Numbered from the stretch's first letter, positions 24,133 to 35,420 are shown. The stretch is 64,000 nt of DNA from an uncultured Eubacteriales bacterium (GCA_900551325.1 URVM01000006.1:81744-145743), one strand, 5' to 3'. The notes: generated by a model not told the origin, from the letters alone. Numbers and translations: made by a program.

Positions 24133-24364
24133 TGTGACCCCAATAAGTTAGACTTTATAGCGTAGTATCCTTTTAGGATGCTACGTTATTTCTTTATACT
24201 GCTAGAAGGCTTAACCTGTATTCTACCGGGCTCATCCATCCTAGTTTCTCTTTAATTCTTTTCTCGTTGTAATACTTTATGTATTTTTCAGTGGCTACCT
24301 TAAGTTCTTGATAACTGTAATAAATCCTTCCATAATACATTTCCTGTTTCATAATTCCAAAGAA
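24133..24364 (-). mobile_element. IS3-family remnant (last ~56 codons of the transposase plus the terminal IR)
   Basis: The minus strand encodes FFGIMKQEMYYGRIYYSYQELKVATEKYIKYYNEKRIKEKLGWMSPVEYRLSLLAV*. The end sequence is TGTGACCCC... at 24133. Confidence 0.75.
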
Positions 24365-25067
24365 GTTTTATGATCGTGCGAAGATAATAACAAATACTAT
24401 TTATATAACGGTTACGTTAGTTATTATTGGAGCAATAGTAATGGGTATAGGTATATCTAAAATCTTAAGAAAAAGTATTGTTACACCACTACAAGAAATA
24501 GAAAGTGTAGCAGAAGACCTAAGTAAGGGAAGACTTGATATAGAAGTGAATTATACAGGTGAAGATGAAATAGGTAGTCTAGCTAAAAGTTTAGAATGAA
24601 CAATAAGAGTTTTAGAAGCGTATATTCGAGATATCACACAGCAGTTAGAATATATGGCAAGTGCTAATGAAGGAACACAAGTGATGGAAGAAATGGTTAT
24701 ATCTATGGATGATATTAATAATTCTAGTAGAAATATTTTAGAAATTATTAAGATTATAGATAATATAGCTAACCAGACGAATTTATTAGCCTTAAATGCA
24801 GCTATTGAATCTGCAAGAGCTGGTGAAGCAGGAAAGGGGTTTGCAGTTGTTGCAGCGGAAATTAGAGAACTCGCTAATAGAAGTACAGGAATTGTAAAAG
24901 AGATAGAAAGTATTATACAGATGAGTTTACAAGATGTACAAAAAGGTCAAGCCATAGCACAAACTACAGCAAAAGCTTTAAAAACCATTGTAGCAGCTGT
25001 TGGTGAAGAACTAGCGGCACAAGCAGAAAACTTGAAGCAACTAGTTGAATATTTTCAACTAGTGTAG
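24363..25067 (+). pseudogene. methyl-accepting chemotaxis protein remnant
   Basis: The 5' part was removed by the IS3 remnant. The TM2-HAMP segment ends at an in-frame TGA (24597..24599). The signalling domain [24 protein letters not shown] continues in the same frame. Confidence 0.75.
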
Positions 25068-25244
25068 TTAAGAGAGGGTAGATAGTTAATAATTTCTGAT
25101 ACTATAGTATTCTAAAAGTATATACTGTGTGACTCCATGAATATACATAATATTGCATATAAAGACCTTCTTAATTTAAAATATAAATATAATAATTAAA
25201 CATGTTATATTTATATTTTAATAAAGAGGTGAAGTATAAAAAAT

Positions 25245-25709
25245 ATGAAGTATATAATGTCATGGAGAGACTACTTAAATATAGGTATTAATATTATTGA
25301 TGAACAACATGTGGAGCTCTTGAAAATAGAGCATAAAATAGAACAGTGTTTAAAGAGAAGATGCAGAATGGTAGATTCTATTTATTTAATGAATCTGATT
25401 GTAGAACTTAGAAATTATGTGACTTATCATTTCTATGAAGAAGAAAAACTTATTGCTCAAATAAATCCTAGTGAGTTGAAGAGGCATAGGGAAAAACATG
25501 AAGAGTTCGTAGAAGTAATAACAGCTATAGATTGTAGTGAGTTGTTAAATTATCCAGAAAGCGTATTAAGAGAGCTTCAAATAGTCATTCGAGAGTGGTT
25601 TTTTAATCACATCATAAAGGAAGACTATGAAGTACTTAATGGAAATGCTATACCGTACTCGGTGCATTGGATACAAAATAATAGAAGATATGTTGACCAA
25701 TATGTTTAA
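25245..25709 (+). CDS. hemerythrin-like metal-binding protein
   Basis: W.DYLNIGINIIDEQH ... HF..EE ... H..EH is the bacteriohemerythrin His/Glu pattern. Confidence 0.7.
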   Translation: MKYIMSWRDYLNIGINIIDEQHVELLKIEHKIEQCLKRRCRMVDSIYLMNLIVELRNYVTYHFYEEEKLIAQINPSELKRHREKHEEFVEVITAIDCSELLNYPESVLRELQIVIREWFFNHIIKEDYEVLNGNAIPYSVHWIQNNRRYVDQYV

Positions 25710-25720
25710 TGAAGGTCATA

Positions 25721-25772
25721 AAAAAAAGACGTGTCATAAAATGGATGAACCATTTTGTGACACGTCTTTTTT
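25721..25772. terminator. bidirectional terminator between the hemerythrin and M60 genes
   Basis: AAAGACGTGTCA...TGACACGTCTTT flanked by A and T runs. Confidence 0.8.
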
Positions 25773-25788
25773 AAAAAGTTAATGAGTT

Positions 25789-28700
25789 TTATTGTACTCT
25801 ATGAGATTCAACATCTTGAATAAGCCAAGCGAAATAGTCAGCAGCGGCTTCAAGTGCTACTTCATCATGAGTTGTTACGTCTAAGTAGAGTTTATTGTAG
25901 TAATCTCTTAGTTCAGCAAAGTTTGCCCAGTCAGCAGATGCATCATAGTCGCTTTGTTGCATTTGGTTAGCGACTTCAAGGAGTGGTTTAAAGAGTGCTT
26001 TACCTTTACTGATAACTAAGTTATCCATCGCTGTATCTAATACCTCATAAGCTACATCAATCTTGTCTTGAGATGGATTTTCTTGTGCAAGTACATCGTT
26101 TGCAGCTTGAAGTGCAGCTTGAAGTGTTTTAGTAGATGCAGCTGTATAAAGGTGAATGTCTAAAGCCTTTGCGTCGTCAACAAGTGCTTTAAGTGAAGCG
26201 TCTGCTGCAACTCTATGAGATTCCATATCTTCAATAAGCCAAGAGAAGTAGTCAGCAGCCGCTTCAAGAGCTACTTCATCATGAGTTGTTACGTCTAAGT
26301 AGAGTTTATTGTAGTAATCTCTTAGTTCAGCAAAGTTTGCCCAGTCAGCAGATGCATCATAGTCACTTTGTTGCATTTGGTTAGCGACTTCAAGAAGTGG
26401 TTTAAAGAGGGCTTTACCCTTACTTAAAACAAGGTCATTTATTGCAGTATCTAAAGTTTCACAAGCTAAGTCAATCTCTTCTTGAGATGGATTTTCTTGT
26501 GCAATTACATCATTTGCAACTTTAAGTGCATCTTGAAGTACTTTAGTAGATTTTGCTGTGTAAAGGTGAATTTCTAAGGCATTTGCTTTTTCAATAAGTG
26601 TATTTAAAGTTTCTACATCAGTTGTTGCTTTTAAACTATGGAGTTTAGCATCTGCCCAGTCGGCATGATCCCAGTAATCCCAGTTTTCTGCTGTATCTAC
26701 GACTAATTTAACTTGACTTGCATCCCTAATATCTACCACTAAGTGTTGTTTTGGTGTAGTAGGACGCATAATATCTGTTTGTGCTTTAAGCTCACCATCT
26801 ACAAAAACTTTGAAGATAACACTTGAGTTTTCGCCTGCAACACGTTGGTCCATACCTACCCAAGTATCAAAGACATCATAGCCTTCTACGTTATAGACGA
26901 TTTCTGAATAAGCGTGTGTTCCGATTCCTTTTTTGAAAGTTTCAACAGATTGATTTTCATCTAGAAGTCGTAAAGGTCTTCCGCTTACAGATTTATCTTT
27001 GCTTACAGCGGCACCACCACCTGCTGTTGCAGATTCCCAATTTAAATCAGATAAGTATGCACTTTCACTATAAACAAAAATTTGTTTCTCGGCAGTCGTG
27101 GTATTGCCATCTTTGTCTGTTACAGAGTAGTTGATCGTGTAGGCACCAGCTTTGTTTGGATTAAAGCCATTATCATTTACAACAACAGACTCAGTTAAAT
27201 CACCATCTTCAGCATCTGTTGCTTGAACGAAAGCAGTTAAATCATAGTCGTCACCTACTTGAATAGCTTCTGTTTCGCCTACTACTAACTTTGGTTTTGC
27301 ATCATTTGTTGTAAGGATTGGATTTGAAATGATACCGTGGTCATAAGCATTTCCATTACCAGCATCACTAATTTCGATTGTTAATTGTTTTACCCCTTTA
27401 ACAGGCACATTAACATAGACCATATCATCATAGTAATTGAGTGTTTTTGTAGTCGCTAAAACTTCTCCATCGCCAATGATTTTGAAGTTGATACTTGACT
27501 TATTTTGAGCTTGTATACCTGCATCTACCCCAAGTAAGGCTTCAAATGTCTCATAATTTTCATCCGCTAAGTCATATACAACGGAACCATTTGCATGGAT
27601 ACCAAATCCTTTTTGGAATGTCTTTACAACACCATTTACATGACCGCTAATATTAGTATTTCTTCTTGGTGTACCATAGCCATTTTTTACAGAAGTCCAT
27701 GGCGTATCTGATAAATAGTCATAGTTGCTTACAACTTTTACTTTAACTGTTTTTTGAGTAGTAATCTTTTCATCAGTTACTGAATAAGTAAGTGTATATA
27801 CACCTGTTTCATTGGTATTGATGTTGTGATCCACTTGAATAGCGTTACTGATATCTTCACCTTTATAGTTATAGGCATTTACGATACTGCTAGGATCAAA
27901 TGTTTCTCCAAGTTTTAAAGTAATTTCATCTTGTTGTACTTTGATTGTAGGTGTATAAGAACTTACTTGTACCGCTTCACCTGGATTTAATTTCTTATCA
28001 AAAGGTACTACTTTATAGGTAACAGCGTCTTTATAGTTTACACCTGTATCTACGAAACTATTTGTAGAGGTAAAGGCTACTAATTCGTCGTTTCTATAGA
28101 CTTCATAACCCATTACATCATTTTTAAAGGCGTCATCTACAGTGAAAGATACTTTGATATTTTCACCTTGTTTAGCTGTTGATACTTGTAAGTTTGGATT
28201 GCTTGTAAAGCCTGCCCCTGTATATTTGGAATAGCTATTATTAGCGTACCAAATTTTCTTTTCTGGTTTATTGTAAGTTTTTGCAAACTCTTTTGTTGTA
28301 TTAGACACAGGGAAGCCATGTCTTTCGAAGTATTCTGTTAAGTCTCTTTCTACAGCCATAGATGAATAGTAAGCTAATTTATCTAATTTATCATTTTCAT
28401 CTGTAACTTTAATATCGTTTTCTCTATAGATACGATTTAAGTTTGCCCAGTAGCCTGGATAAATCATTTCAAGTTGCCAAAATGCAGCTAATTTTTCAAA
28501 GTAGCCACCGTTAGCATACACATTGTTGCCGATTGCAATGACATTTTTGTAAACATGGCTTTCGTAAGGAATTCTATTTTCAGCAGTTTTATTATAGTAA
28601 TCTGCTGATTTTTGAGGAAGCATGTTATTTGTGATTTCCCCAAGTGTTCTTACGCCGATATCCATACGGTGACCGATTTCGTGGTCAATACCCCATCCAC

Positions 28701-30987
28701 CTACAGTCGTTAATAGGTCTACAAGGACATCTTTTTGTACGCCTGTATGGCTACCAGCTGCATACATATAACCATAAGGTTGAGCAAGTCTTATATTTTC
28801 TCTTGTATACTTGATATCATTCTTTTCATCGCTACCATCTAAACCTTGGTATTTGAAAAGCATATCAAGATGGTCGTTATACATGCTTATCGTTTTACTT
28901 GGTGTAAAGTTGCCTTCTACATAAGCTTTATAAGCAGACGTTGCTGTTGCTGTAATCACCACATGGTCAGCTACAATCTCAAAAGTATCAATCATTTCAC
29001 GTTCCATAACATTTGGATGTTTTGTGGCATCTTCATCTACTCTTTGTTTGTATTCTTTTAAGAACTCGATAAAGGTAGCTTCATCTGTATACTTATCAAA
29101 GAATGGGAACTTTTCTACACCACTCGTAAATCTTAGAGTAGGTGCTTTGCCTTGTTGTTCTGCTGTATAAGGGTTTACTATGTATATAGGTCCACCTGGC
29201 GTTACACTATGGTGATACCAGCCATCATGTTGGGTTACTTCTGGTACTACAATTTCATTTTTTCCTGGTTTTAACTGTACAGTTTTACCCCAGTTTGCCC
29301 AGCTACCTTCTTGTTGAGAGAAGAAGAGTTGAGGTACTGGTTTGCCTGGCTCAACGTCTACATAGACAGTAATCGTATCTCCAGCTTTTGCAAGAATACC
29401 TGTTGGCTGGTTGTTATTTCCAAGACCAATTTTTAAGTTTTTATTTGCATGAGCTACGCGGTCACCTTGTTGTTCTGCGATAACTGTTTTAATCGTTTGA
29501 GTTTGTCCAGAGAGTAAGTCTCTCGCTTCTTGGATATTTTGTTTAATTAAATCATATAAAGGATGGTCCTTTGCCTTTGCCTCAAAAGCATCTAATTCTT
29601 CTTTCGTATCAAAAGCTTCGTTTAATGCGCTCATTGTTCCATCTGTAAAGAGGTTTTGTGCAGATGTGTAGATTTCATCTGGTTTGTAGAACATGAGTTC
29701 ATTTAAAGAGGCAGAGTTTTGTGTAGAGCTTTTAAATTTGAATTTAATACGTTTAAATTCAGTAGGCTCAAAGCGTACTTCTACTAAGCCTTTAACAGCT
29801 TTTTGTGCACCTGTAGCAACAAGTTTATAGGTATCTCCTACACTTGTTCTTGAAGCATAAATTTCAAATTCTTGTGCAAAGCCTTTTAAATCACTTTGTC
29901 TTGCTCCATAAAGGATACGATCAAGTGTCACTAAGTCGTTAAACTCAACTTCTACTTCATTTGAAAAAGTCGCATCATTTAATTTACCTGTTTCCCAGTA
30001 AGTTGTAATATCTTCGTCTATTGCTTTATTAATATTTTGAGAAGCATAGTGTCTTCCGTTGTTTGTGATACTTTTTATATTCGTATAAGGTACTCTATAA
30101 CCGTCGTTGTAAGTTGTATTAAGATAATAGTCTACTGGTGATACAGTCGCCTTAGTAGGAGAGAGTTCTTTATCTGTCAGAATAGCTTTTGCATTTGCTA
30201 AGCCTTCTTCATATAAAGGATAAAGAGGATGTGTAAGGAGTTCATTTTCAAAAGCTATTAACTCCTCTAATGTATCAAAATCCTCAGAGAGTTTGTTCAT
30301 ATTAGAATCTGTAAAGAGTCTATCATATTTTTCATTTAGGGCATCTGGCTTATAAAATCTAAATTCAGCTGCAAAAGCTCTGTCTTGAACAGCACATCTT
30401 ACAAATTTAAATTTTAAACGTTTAAACCTAGTTGGGTTAAATTTAAATTCAACAAAATCATTTGTCTGTGTAGCTGTACCATAGGCAACCTTTTGGAATG
30501 TTTCACCTTCAGCTGTTTCAGATGCATAGATTTCAAATACTTCAGGGAAACCTTTTCTATTTTCACGTGCTAAAAAGGCAACACGATCTAAAGTCTCTAC
30601 TTCATTAAAAGTAAATACTACTTCGTTCGTAAAATCTGGACCATTACTTTTGTTTGTTTCCCAATGTGTTTCAGGTTTACCATCAATCATATAATTCACG
30701 TTAGAATCATAGTATGTACCCCCGTTTGTACTGATGTTTATAATACTTGTACTCGGTAGTCTAAATAATTCACTATACGCTTCATCTACTGCTGTACCCA
30801 TATGATAAGCTTGAAGCTTAGATACTTTTGCTACGATAGGGGAAGTAGTAGAAGTTGCTGGCTCAACCATGGATGCTTCAATAGAACTTACTTCATTGGC
30901 TAGAACTTCTAACATTGGAGAAGACGAGTTCATTATGAGAGCAGCCACAGTAAGAGCAGCTATTTTTTTGCTGTTTCTGTAATTCAT
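25789..30987 (-). CDS. secreted M60-like (enhancin-type) zinc metallopeptidase with F5/8-type-C, NPCBM, Ig-like and FIVAR-like modules
   Basis: Signal peptide. Zincin motif GIDHEIGHRMD. Two discoidin-like N-terminal repeats, two NPCBM-like YLSD..W modules and a C-terminal helical repeat. Confidence 0.8.
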   Translation of the reverse strand: MNYRNSKKIAALTVAALIMNSSSPMLEVLANEVSSIEASMVEPATSTTSPIVAKVSKLQAYHMGTAVDEAYSELFRLPSTSIINISTNGGTYYDSNVNYMIDGKPETHWETNKSNGPDFTNEVVFTFNEVETLDRVAFLARENRKGFPEVFEIYASETAEGETFQKVAYGTATQTNDFVEFKFNPTRFKRLKFKFVRCAVQDRAFAAEFRFYKPDALNEKYDRLFTDSNMNKLSEDFDTLEELIAFENELLTHPLYPLYEEGLANAKAILTDKELSPTKATVSPVDYYLNTTYNDGYRVPYTNIKSITNNGRHYASQNINKAIDEDITTYWETGKLNDATFSNEVEVEFNDLVTLDRILYGARQSDLKGFAQEFEIYASRTSVGDTYKLVATGAQKAVKGLVEVRFEPTEFKRIKFKFKSSTQNSASLNELMFYKPDEIYTSAQNLFTDGTMSALNEAFDTKEELDAFEAKAKDHPLYDLIKQNIQEARDLLSGQTQTIKTVIAEQQGDRVAHANKNLKIGLGNNNQPTGILAKAGDTITVYVDVEPGKPVPQLFFSQQEGSWANWGKTVQLKPGKNEIVVPEVTQHDGWYHHSVTPGGPIYIVNPYTAEQQGKAPTLRFTSGVEKFPFFDKYTDEATFIEFLKEYKQRVDEDATKHPNVMEREMIDTFEIVADHVVITATATSAYKAYVEGNFTPSKTISMYNDHLDMLFKYQGLDGSDEKNDIKYTRENIRLAQPYGYMYAAGSHTGVQKDVLVDLLTTVGGWGIDHEIGHRMDIGVRTLGEITNNMLPQKSADYYNKTAENRIPYESHVYKNVIAIGNNVYANGGYFEKLAAFWQLEMIYPGYWANLNRIYRENDIKVTDENDKLDKLAYYSSMAVERDLTEYFERHGFPVSNTTKEFAKTYNKPEKKIWYANNSYSKYTGAGFTSNPNLQVSTAKQGENIKVSFTVDDAFKNDVMGYEVYRNDELVAFTSTNSFVDTGVNYKDAVTYKVVPFDKKLNPGEAVQVSSYTPTIKVQQDEITLKLGETFDPSSIVNAYNYKGEDISNAIQVDHNINTNETGVYTLTYSVTDEKITTQKTVKVKVVSNYDYLSDTPWTSVKNGYGTPRRNTNISGHVNGVVKTFQKGFGIHANGSVVYDLADENYETFEALLGVDAGIQAQNKSSINFKIIGDGEVLATTKTLNYYDDMVYVNVPVKGVKQLTIEISDAGNGNAYDHGIISNPILTTNDAKPKLVVGETEAIQVGDDYDLTAFVQATDAEDGDLTESVVVNDNGFNPNKAGAYTINYSVTDKDGNTTTAEKQIFVYSESAYLSDLNWESATAGGGAAVSKDKSVSGRPLRLLDENQSVETFKKGIGTHAYSEIVYNVEGYDVFDTWVGMDQRVAGENSSVIFKVFVDGELKAQTDIMRPTTPKQHLVVDIRDASQVKLVVDTAENWDYWDHADWADAKLHSLKATTDVETLNTLIEKANALEIHLYTAKSTKVLQDALKVANDVIAQENPSQEEIDLACETLDTAINDLVLSKGKALFKPLLEVANQMQQSDYDASADWANFAELRDYYNKLYLDVTTHDEVALEAAADYFSWLIEDMESHRVAADASLKALVDDAKALDIHLYTAASTKTLQAALQAANDVLAQENPSQDKIDVAYEVLDTAMDNLVISKGKALFKPLLEVANQMQQSDYDASADWANFAELRDYYNKLYLDVTTHDEVALEAAADYFAWLIQDVESHRVQ
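25792..26619 (-). repeat. 2 x 414-bp near-identical intragenic tandem repeat (C-terminal 138-aa helical modules of the M60 protein)
   Basis: CTCTATGAGATTC recurs at 25797 and 26211. Long stretches are identical, for example SKGKALFKPLLEVANQMQQSDYDASADWANFAELRDYYNKLYLDVTTHDEVALEAAADYF. Confidence 0.85.
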
Positions 30988-31173
30988 ATTTAACCTCCTA
31001 TTTTATATTTTGAAAAATATTAAAGTAAAATGACGTTTAAGATTATAATCTAATGGGTTAGACAAATCAATATGTATATATAGTTGGAATAAAAAAATTG
31101 TCTTGCGTATACTCTACTGGTATAATTGAGGGGTATTTTTGTATCTGTAAGTTTAAAGTAGAGGTTGTAAATA

Positions 31174-33433
31174 ATGGTAAATATTGAAAGAGTTAATTTA
31201 AAATATAAGAAAAATTTAGGTAGATCTTTTTTGATTTTAATGGTAATGCTTATAATAATAGGCTGTGTTATATTTATACAATATAAAAATAAGATAGAAG
31301 AATACACTAAAAGAAGAAGCTGCCATAACTTTAGAAATTATTTCAGCACAAAATGCTACTAATATAAGAATGAATATATCACATAAGCAAAAACTACTAC
31401 ATTTAATAGCAAAAATAATTGAGGAAAGCAAAGAGCTAAGACCTGAAAAGGTTGTAGAATTATTACGTAGATATAATAACTTTTCTGGTGCTGATGATAT
31501 AGGTATCATTGATGCAAATGGTATAGCCTATACTGTGCAGGGGGAAAAGTTAGATGTAAGTGAGTATCAATATTTCACACAGGCAATGAAGGGGCTAGGT
31601 GGTTTATCTAAAGATTATATAAGTAAAGACAAAAAGGAAATGTTTATAATTAGTACAGTTCCAATCTATATCCAAGATAAAGTAGAAATGGTATTGATGG
31701 CAACTTATGAACAAAGTCATTTTACTAGGTTAATTGACCAACCATTTTTTGATGGAGAAGGTAAATGTTTAGTTATGGATTTTGAAGGCAACTTACTAAC
31801 ACAAGAAAATGAACTTCATGAAATGAATAAAGAGTTTATTTGGGAACATATTCAACAACATTATTCTCGAGCTAGAGGGAACAGAGTTTATGTATCATGT
31901 GATAAAAACTATTTGGAATATGAAGTTAATGGGGAAAAATATTTAGCGTATCATGAACCTTTAGGGATTTATGATTGGGTGTTAATATCTTATATGCCCA
32001 AAGAAGTTGTTTATACAAATCTAGATATAATAAATACAATGATGTCTAAAATGCTTGTATTTATAGGGATAGGTACTGGTGTCCTTATTATCGTATTTTT
32101 AAAACAATATAAAAGCTATCAAAAAAATATTTTACATAGTGTATGTACAGATGAATTAACAAACCTTAATAATTATGAGTATTTAAGAAAGTATTTTAAG
32201 AAGATAAAGGCTAAAGATAAAGAGGATAAGTTCCTGGTAGTAATGGACATTGATAAATTTAAGAGTATTAATATCATGTATAAGACTTGTGTAGGCGATG
32301 AATTATTGAAGTATATTGCTTCTATTTATCAAGAACTTTTACCTTATGATAAACTTTTTAGGTGTGAAGCGGATACCTTTGTTGGAATCATAGAGGGTAG
32401 GTTAGAAGAAGATATTGTCAGGAAACTGAGCAAACTTCAAAATAGAATACAAGAGGATATTGAACAAAAAAGGATAGTTCCTATAAGTCTTTCTTTTGGG
32501 GGATGTTCCTTAGAGGCCTTTGAAGACTTACGTTCTATTTATACTAATGCTTTGATTTGCAAAAATAAAGCTAAACATAATATTAGCAAAAAAATATATT
32601 TCTTTAATCATAATGAGCAAAGGTATTTTATAGAAAATCGCAAAATAGAGGAGAAGTTTATAGATGCAGTAAAGAATAGTGAATTTGAAGTGTGATATCA
32701 GCCTAAATATAATATGAAGACCAAAGAATTATATGGTGCAGAAGCGTTAGTGAGATGGTGTGAGAAAGATGGGCAATATATTTTACCGTCATATTTTATA
32801 CCTGTTTTTGAAAAGAGTGGACAGATTGTACAATTAGATAAGGTAGTTATTGGACTAACTTTTAAACATATACAGGAAATGAAGCAATTAGGAATTAAAA
32901 TAAAACCTATTTCTATTAATTTATCAAGGAAACACGAACAACATTCAGAGCTTATTGATTATATTAAGGTGTTGATGAAAAACTATAAGATTAATCCAAA
33001 GGATGTTTCTTTTGAGATTACAGAAAGTGCATTAATAGAAAATAGTGAGTTTATAAATAAAATTATAAATGGCCTACATGGTTTGGGATTTCAAGTGGAT
33101 ATAGATGATTTTGGTGTGGGTACATCTACATTAAATTCACTTTACGCAGCAGAATTTGATACATTAAAATTAGATAGGTCCTTTATTGATAATATAGGAA
33201 AGCCTAAGATGAATAGTATTATTCAAGCGACTATTCAAATGGCACAAGCTTTAAATATGAAAATTATTGCTGAAGGCGTGGAAACGGAAGAACAGCTTCA
33301 GTTCTTAGTAGAAAAGGGATGTCTGCTGGCTCAAGGCTACTATTTTTCACCACCAGTACATTTTGGAGATTACTTAGCTATGAATAGGCTAGGCACTACA
33401 TTAGAGGAAGATAAATATAAAGTAGAGGACTAA
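31174..33433 (+). pseudogene. sensor (Cache-like) / degenerate GGDEF / EAL protein gene, inactivated
   Basis: A +1 frameshift in the A-run at 31309..31312 separates the TM leader ORF (31174) from the 31370 ORF. TGA at 32693..32695 replaces the Trp codon seen in the paralogue (EFEIWYQPKY at 50034..52283). Confidence 0.75.
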
Positions 33434-33502
33434 ATTGAAAGTTGTAGGGGTATTAAGGATCCTATAAATATGAGGGTCATTTAAACAATAAATATTGAAA
33501 TT

Positions 33503-33555
33503 AACCCGAGTAAATAGATATTAAAAGTAGTCTATTTACTCGGGTTTGATTTTTA
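33503..33555. terminator. bidirectional terminator
   Basis: AACCCGAGTAAATAG...CTATTTACTCGGGTT followed by TGATTTTT. Confidence 0.75.
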
Positions 33556-33585
33556 TGTTAAAGTCATACATCTACAAGAAAGTAT

Positions 33586-35097
33586 TTATTTTTTGCGGCT
33601 GGCTTCTTTCATTTCAAGGCCTGTTCCGTAATCCAGTTGACGTGGCTCGTATTCTTCGTTTTCTTTTTGGCGTGTCATAAGGGTATAGGCCCAAGTCGGA
33701 TGAGTAGCATCTGTGCGCCAAGGTCTGTCTTCCCAATAGTAGCCTCTAAATGGGTCTCTTGAACGATTCATTTCATCTAGAAGGGCATTATGAAGTTTGT
33801 TGCGGATTTCAATATGTGCGGCGCTTTCGATGAGGTTATTAATTTCATAAGGGTCTGTTTGTGTGTCATAGAGCTCATCTGAAGTAAGGAGATTGATAAC
33901 TAGTTTGTAGCGTCCATCATAAATAGCGCGTAGAAGTTGCATACCACCGAAGCCGTCATGGTCTACTTCGTAGCGGCCGAATTCCATAAAGACGTAATCA
34001 TTTACACGTTTCCCATCTAAGAGTTGAGGCTTTAGGCTGTTACCCATAAACATTTTAGGAATAGGGACACCCATAAAATCAAAAATAGTTGGTGCTAAAT
34101 CTAGGTGTGAAACAGGGTAGTGGTCTACTGCACCACTCTCAAGTTGGTTATGTTTTATAATGAGTGGAATATTTGTAATCTCATTATAAGCCGCAGGTCC
34201 TTTAGCCCAAAGCCCGTGTTCACCGAAGAAGTTGCCATGATCACTAGTATAGATAACCAAGGTATCAGGGGCATAAGTTTCTATAGCTTCTAGTACACGA
34301 CCGATTTCATCATCTACAAAGCTATTGCAGCCTAAGTAATCTGTTGCTTTTTTAGGTTGATTAGCTATTTCTAGTGCTTTGTCACTTCGTTTTGTTTCAT
34401 CTTTATGAAGGCCAGCCCATACTTTTTGATGCTGTGGTTTATTTTCTAAATCATCTAAATGAGCTGGAGTGACAGGGATTTCATGGTCTTTATGGAGCTG
34501 TCCATATCTTTCGGGTGCAAGATATGGGTCATGTGGTTCGTCATAGGATACCACTAAGAAGAAGTCTTCTTGGTTGTGATTTTTCAAGAAGTCAATAGCA
34601 CGGTTAGAGCAGCGGTGACCAAAGGTAAAGCTTTCTTCTACACCTGGGTTATGAATAGTACTAGGCTTTCTAGAGAGTACTCTTTCTTCTGGTGTAAGTT
34701 CATCTAAGTAGCAACGCATATCGTACCAATAATTAGGGTCCCATCCTTCTGGACATCTTCCCATACCAAAATAATCCCCACCATCTAAATGCCATTTGCC
34801 TATGTAAGCTGTATGGATACCATGATCCGCTAAACGTTGTCCTACAGTTTGAACGTCTTGACCTATACCCATAGAGTTGGTCCATCCACCTGTTGAATGA
34901 GGGTATTGACCTGTAAATAAACCTGCTCTTGCTGGTTGGCAAACAGGTTGGACACAATAAGCTTGTTCAAAGCGTACACCTTGTGATGCTAATGTATCTA
35001 AATGAGGTGTGTGCATCTTTTTGTTGCCATAACATCCTACCATATCTTTACGCTGGCTATCTGTCATAATGAATACTACTTTTCTCGCTAAATGCAT
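33586..35097 (-). CDS. sulfatase (formylglycine-dependent, Cys-type)
   Basis: CxPxR motif CQPARAGLFTG, N-terminal metal ligands IMTDSQR, and ...YTSDHG. Confidence 0.85.
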   Translation of the reverse strand: MHLARKVVFIMTDSQRKDMVGCYGNKKMHTPHLDTLASQGVRFEQAYCVQPVCQPARAGLFTGQYPHSTGGWTNSMGIGQDVQTVGQRLADHGIHTAYIGKWHLDGGDYFGMGRCPEGWDPNYWYDMRCYLDELTPEERVLSRKPSTIHNPGVEESFTFGHRCSNRAIDFLKNHNQEDFFLVVSYDEPHDPYLAPERYGQLHKDHEIPVTPAHLDDLENKPQHQKVWAGLHKDETKRSDKALEIANQPKKATDYLGCNSFVDDEIGRVLEAIETYAPDTLVIYTSDHGNFFGEHGLWAKGPAAYNEITNIPLIIKHNQLESGAVDHYPVSHLDLAPTIFDFMGVPIPKMFMGNSLKPQLLDGKRVNDYVFMEFGRYEVDHDGFGGMQLLRAIYDGRYKLVINLLTSDELYDTQTDPYEINNLIESAAHIEIRNKLHNALLDEMNRSRDPFRGYYWEDRPWRTDATHPTWAYTLMTRQKENEEYEPRQLDYGTGLEMKEASRKK

Positions 35098-35370
35098 AGT
35101 TCTAACCCCTTTTCTTTTATGAAGTTACTTAATAAGTACGTGATTGTAGTTTGTACTTATAGTCAATCCCCTAAAGTGAGTTATATGATTCAAGTAAGTT
35201 TAAGGATTAGTACTCATTATAACATGATTTAAGTTTAAAATTATGGATAATTATATACAATTTGTTGCGATATTTATTATATATTTTGCAAATATAGTAA
35301 TTGGAATTTTATATAATGTTATATGCATGAAGAATGAAGGAATGTATCAAGCAGATATCATCTAGATAAA

Positions 35371-35419
35371 CTAAGCAAGCCTACAGAAATATTTATAATA
35401 TTTCTGTAGGCTTGCTTAG
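35371..35419 (-). terminator. terminator of the permease-deaminase operon
   Basis: CTAAGCAAGCCTACAGAAATAT...ATATTTCTGTAGGCTTGCTTAG, immediately 3' of the 35421 stop. Confidence 0.7.
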
Positions 35420-35420
35420 T

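Noticed and set aside
24597-32695. The in-frame TGA codons in the MCP gene (24597) and the GGDEF-EAL gene (32693, at a Trp position) could indicate TGA-to-Trp recoding (genetic code 4/25) or selenocysteine.
   Set aside because: - TGA works as a genuine stop in clear cases, for example the ATGA-coupled Phd/RelE and DUF3990/DUF3791 junctions.
- TGG is used throughout for Trp.
- Both affected genes carry additional lesions (an IS insertion, a frameshift).
- No SECIS-like context was evident.

Ordinary nonsense mutations are the simplest reading.
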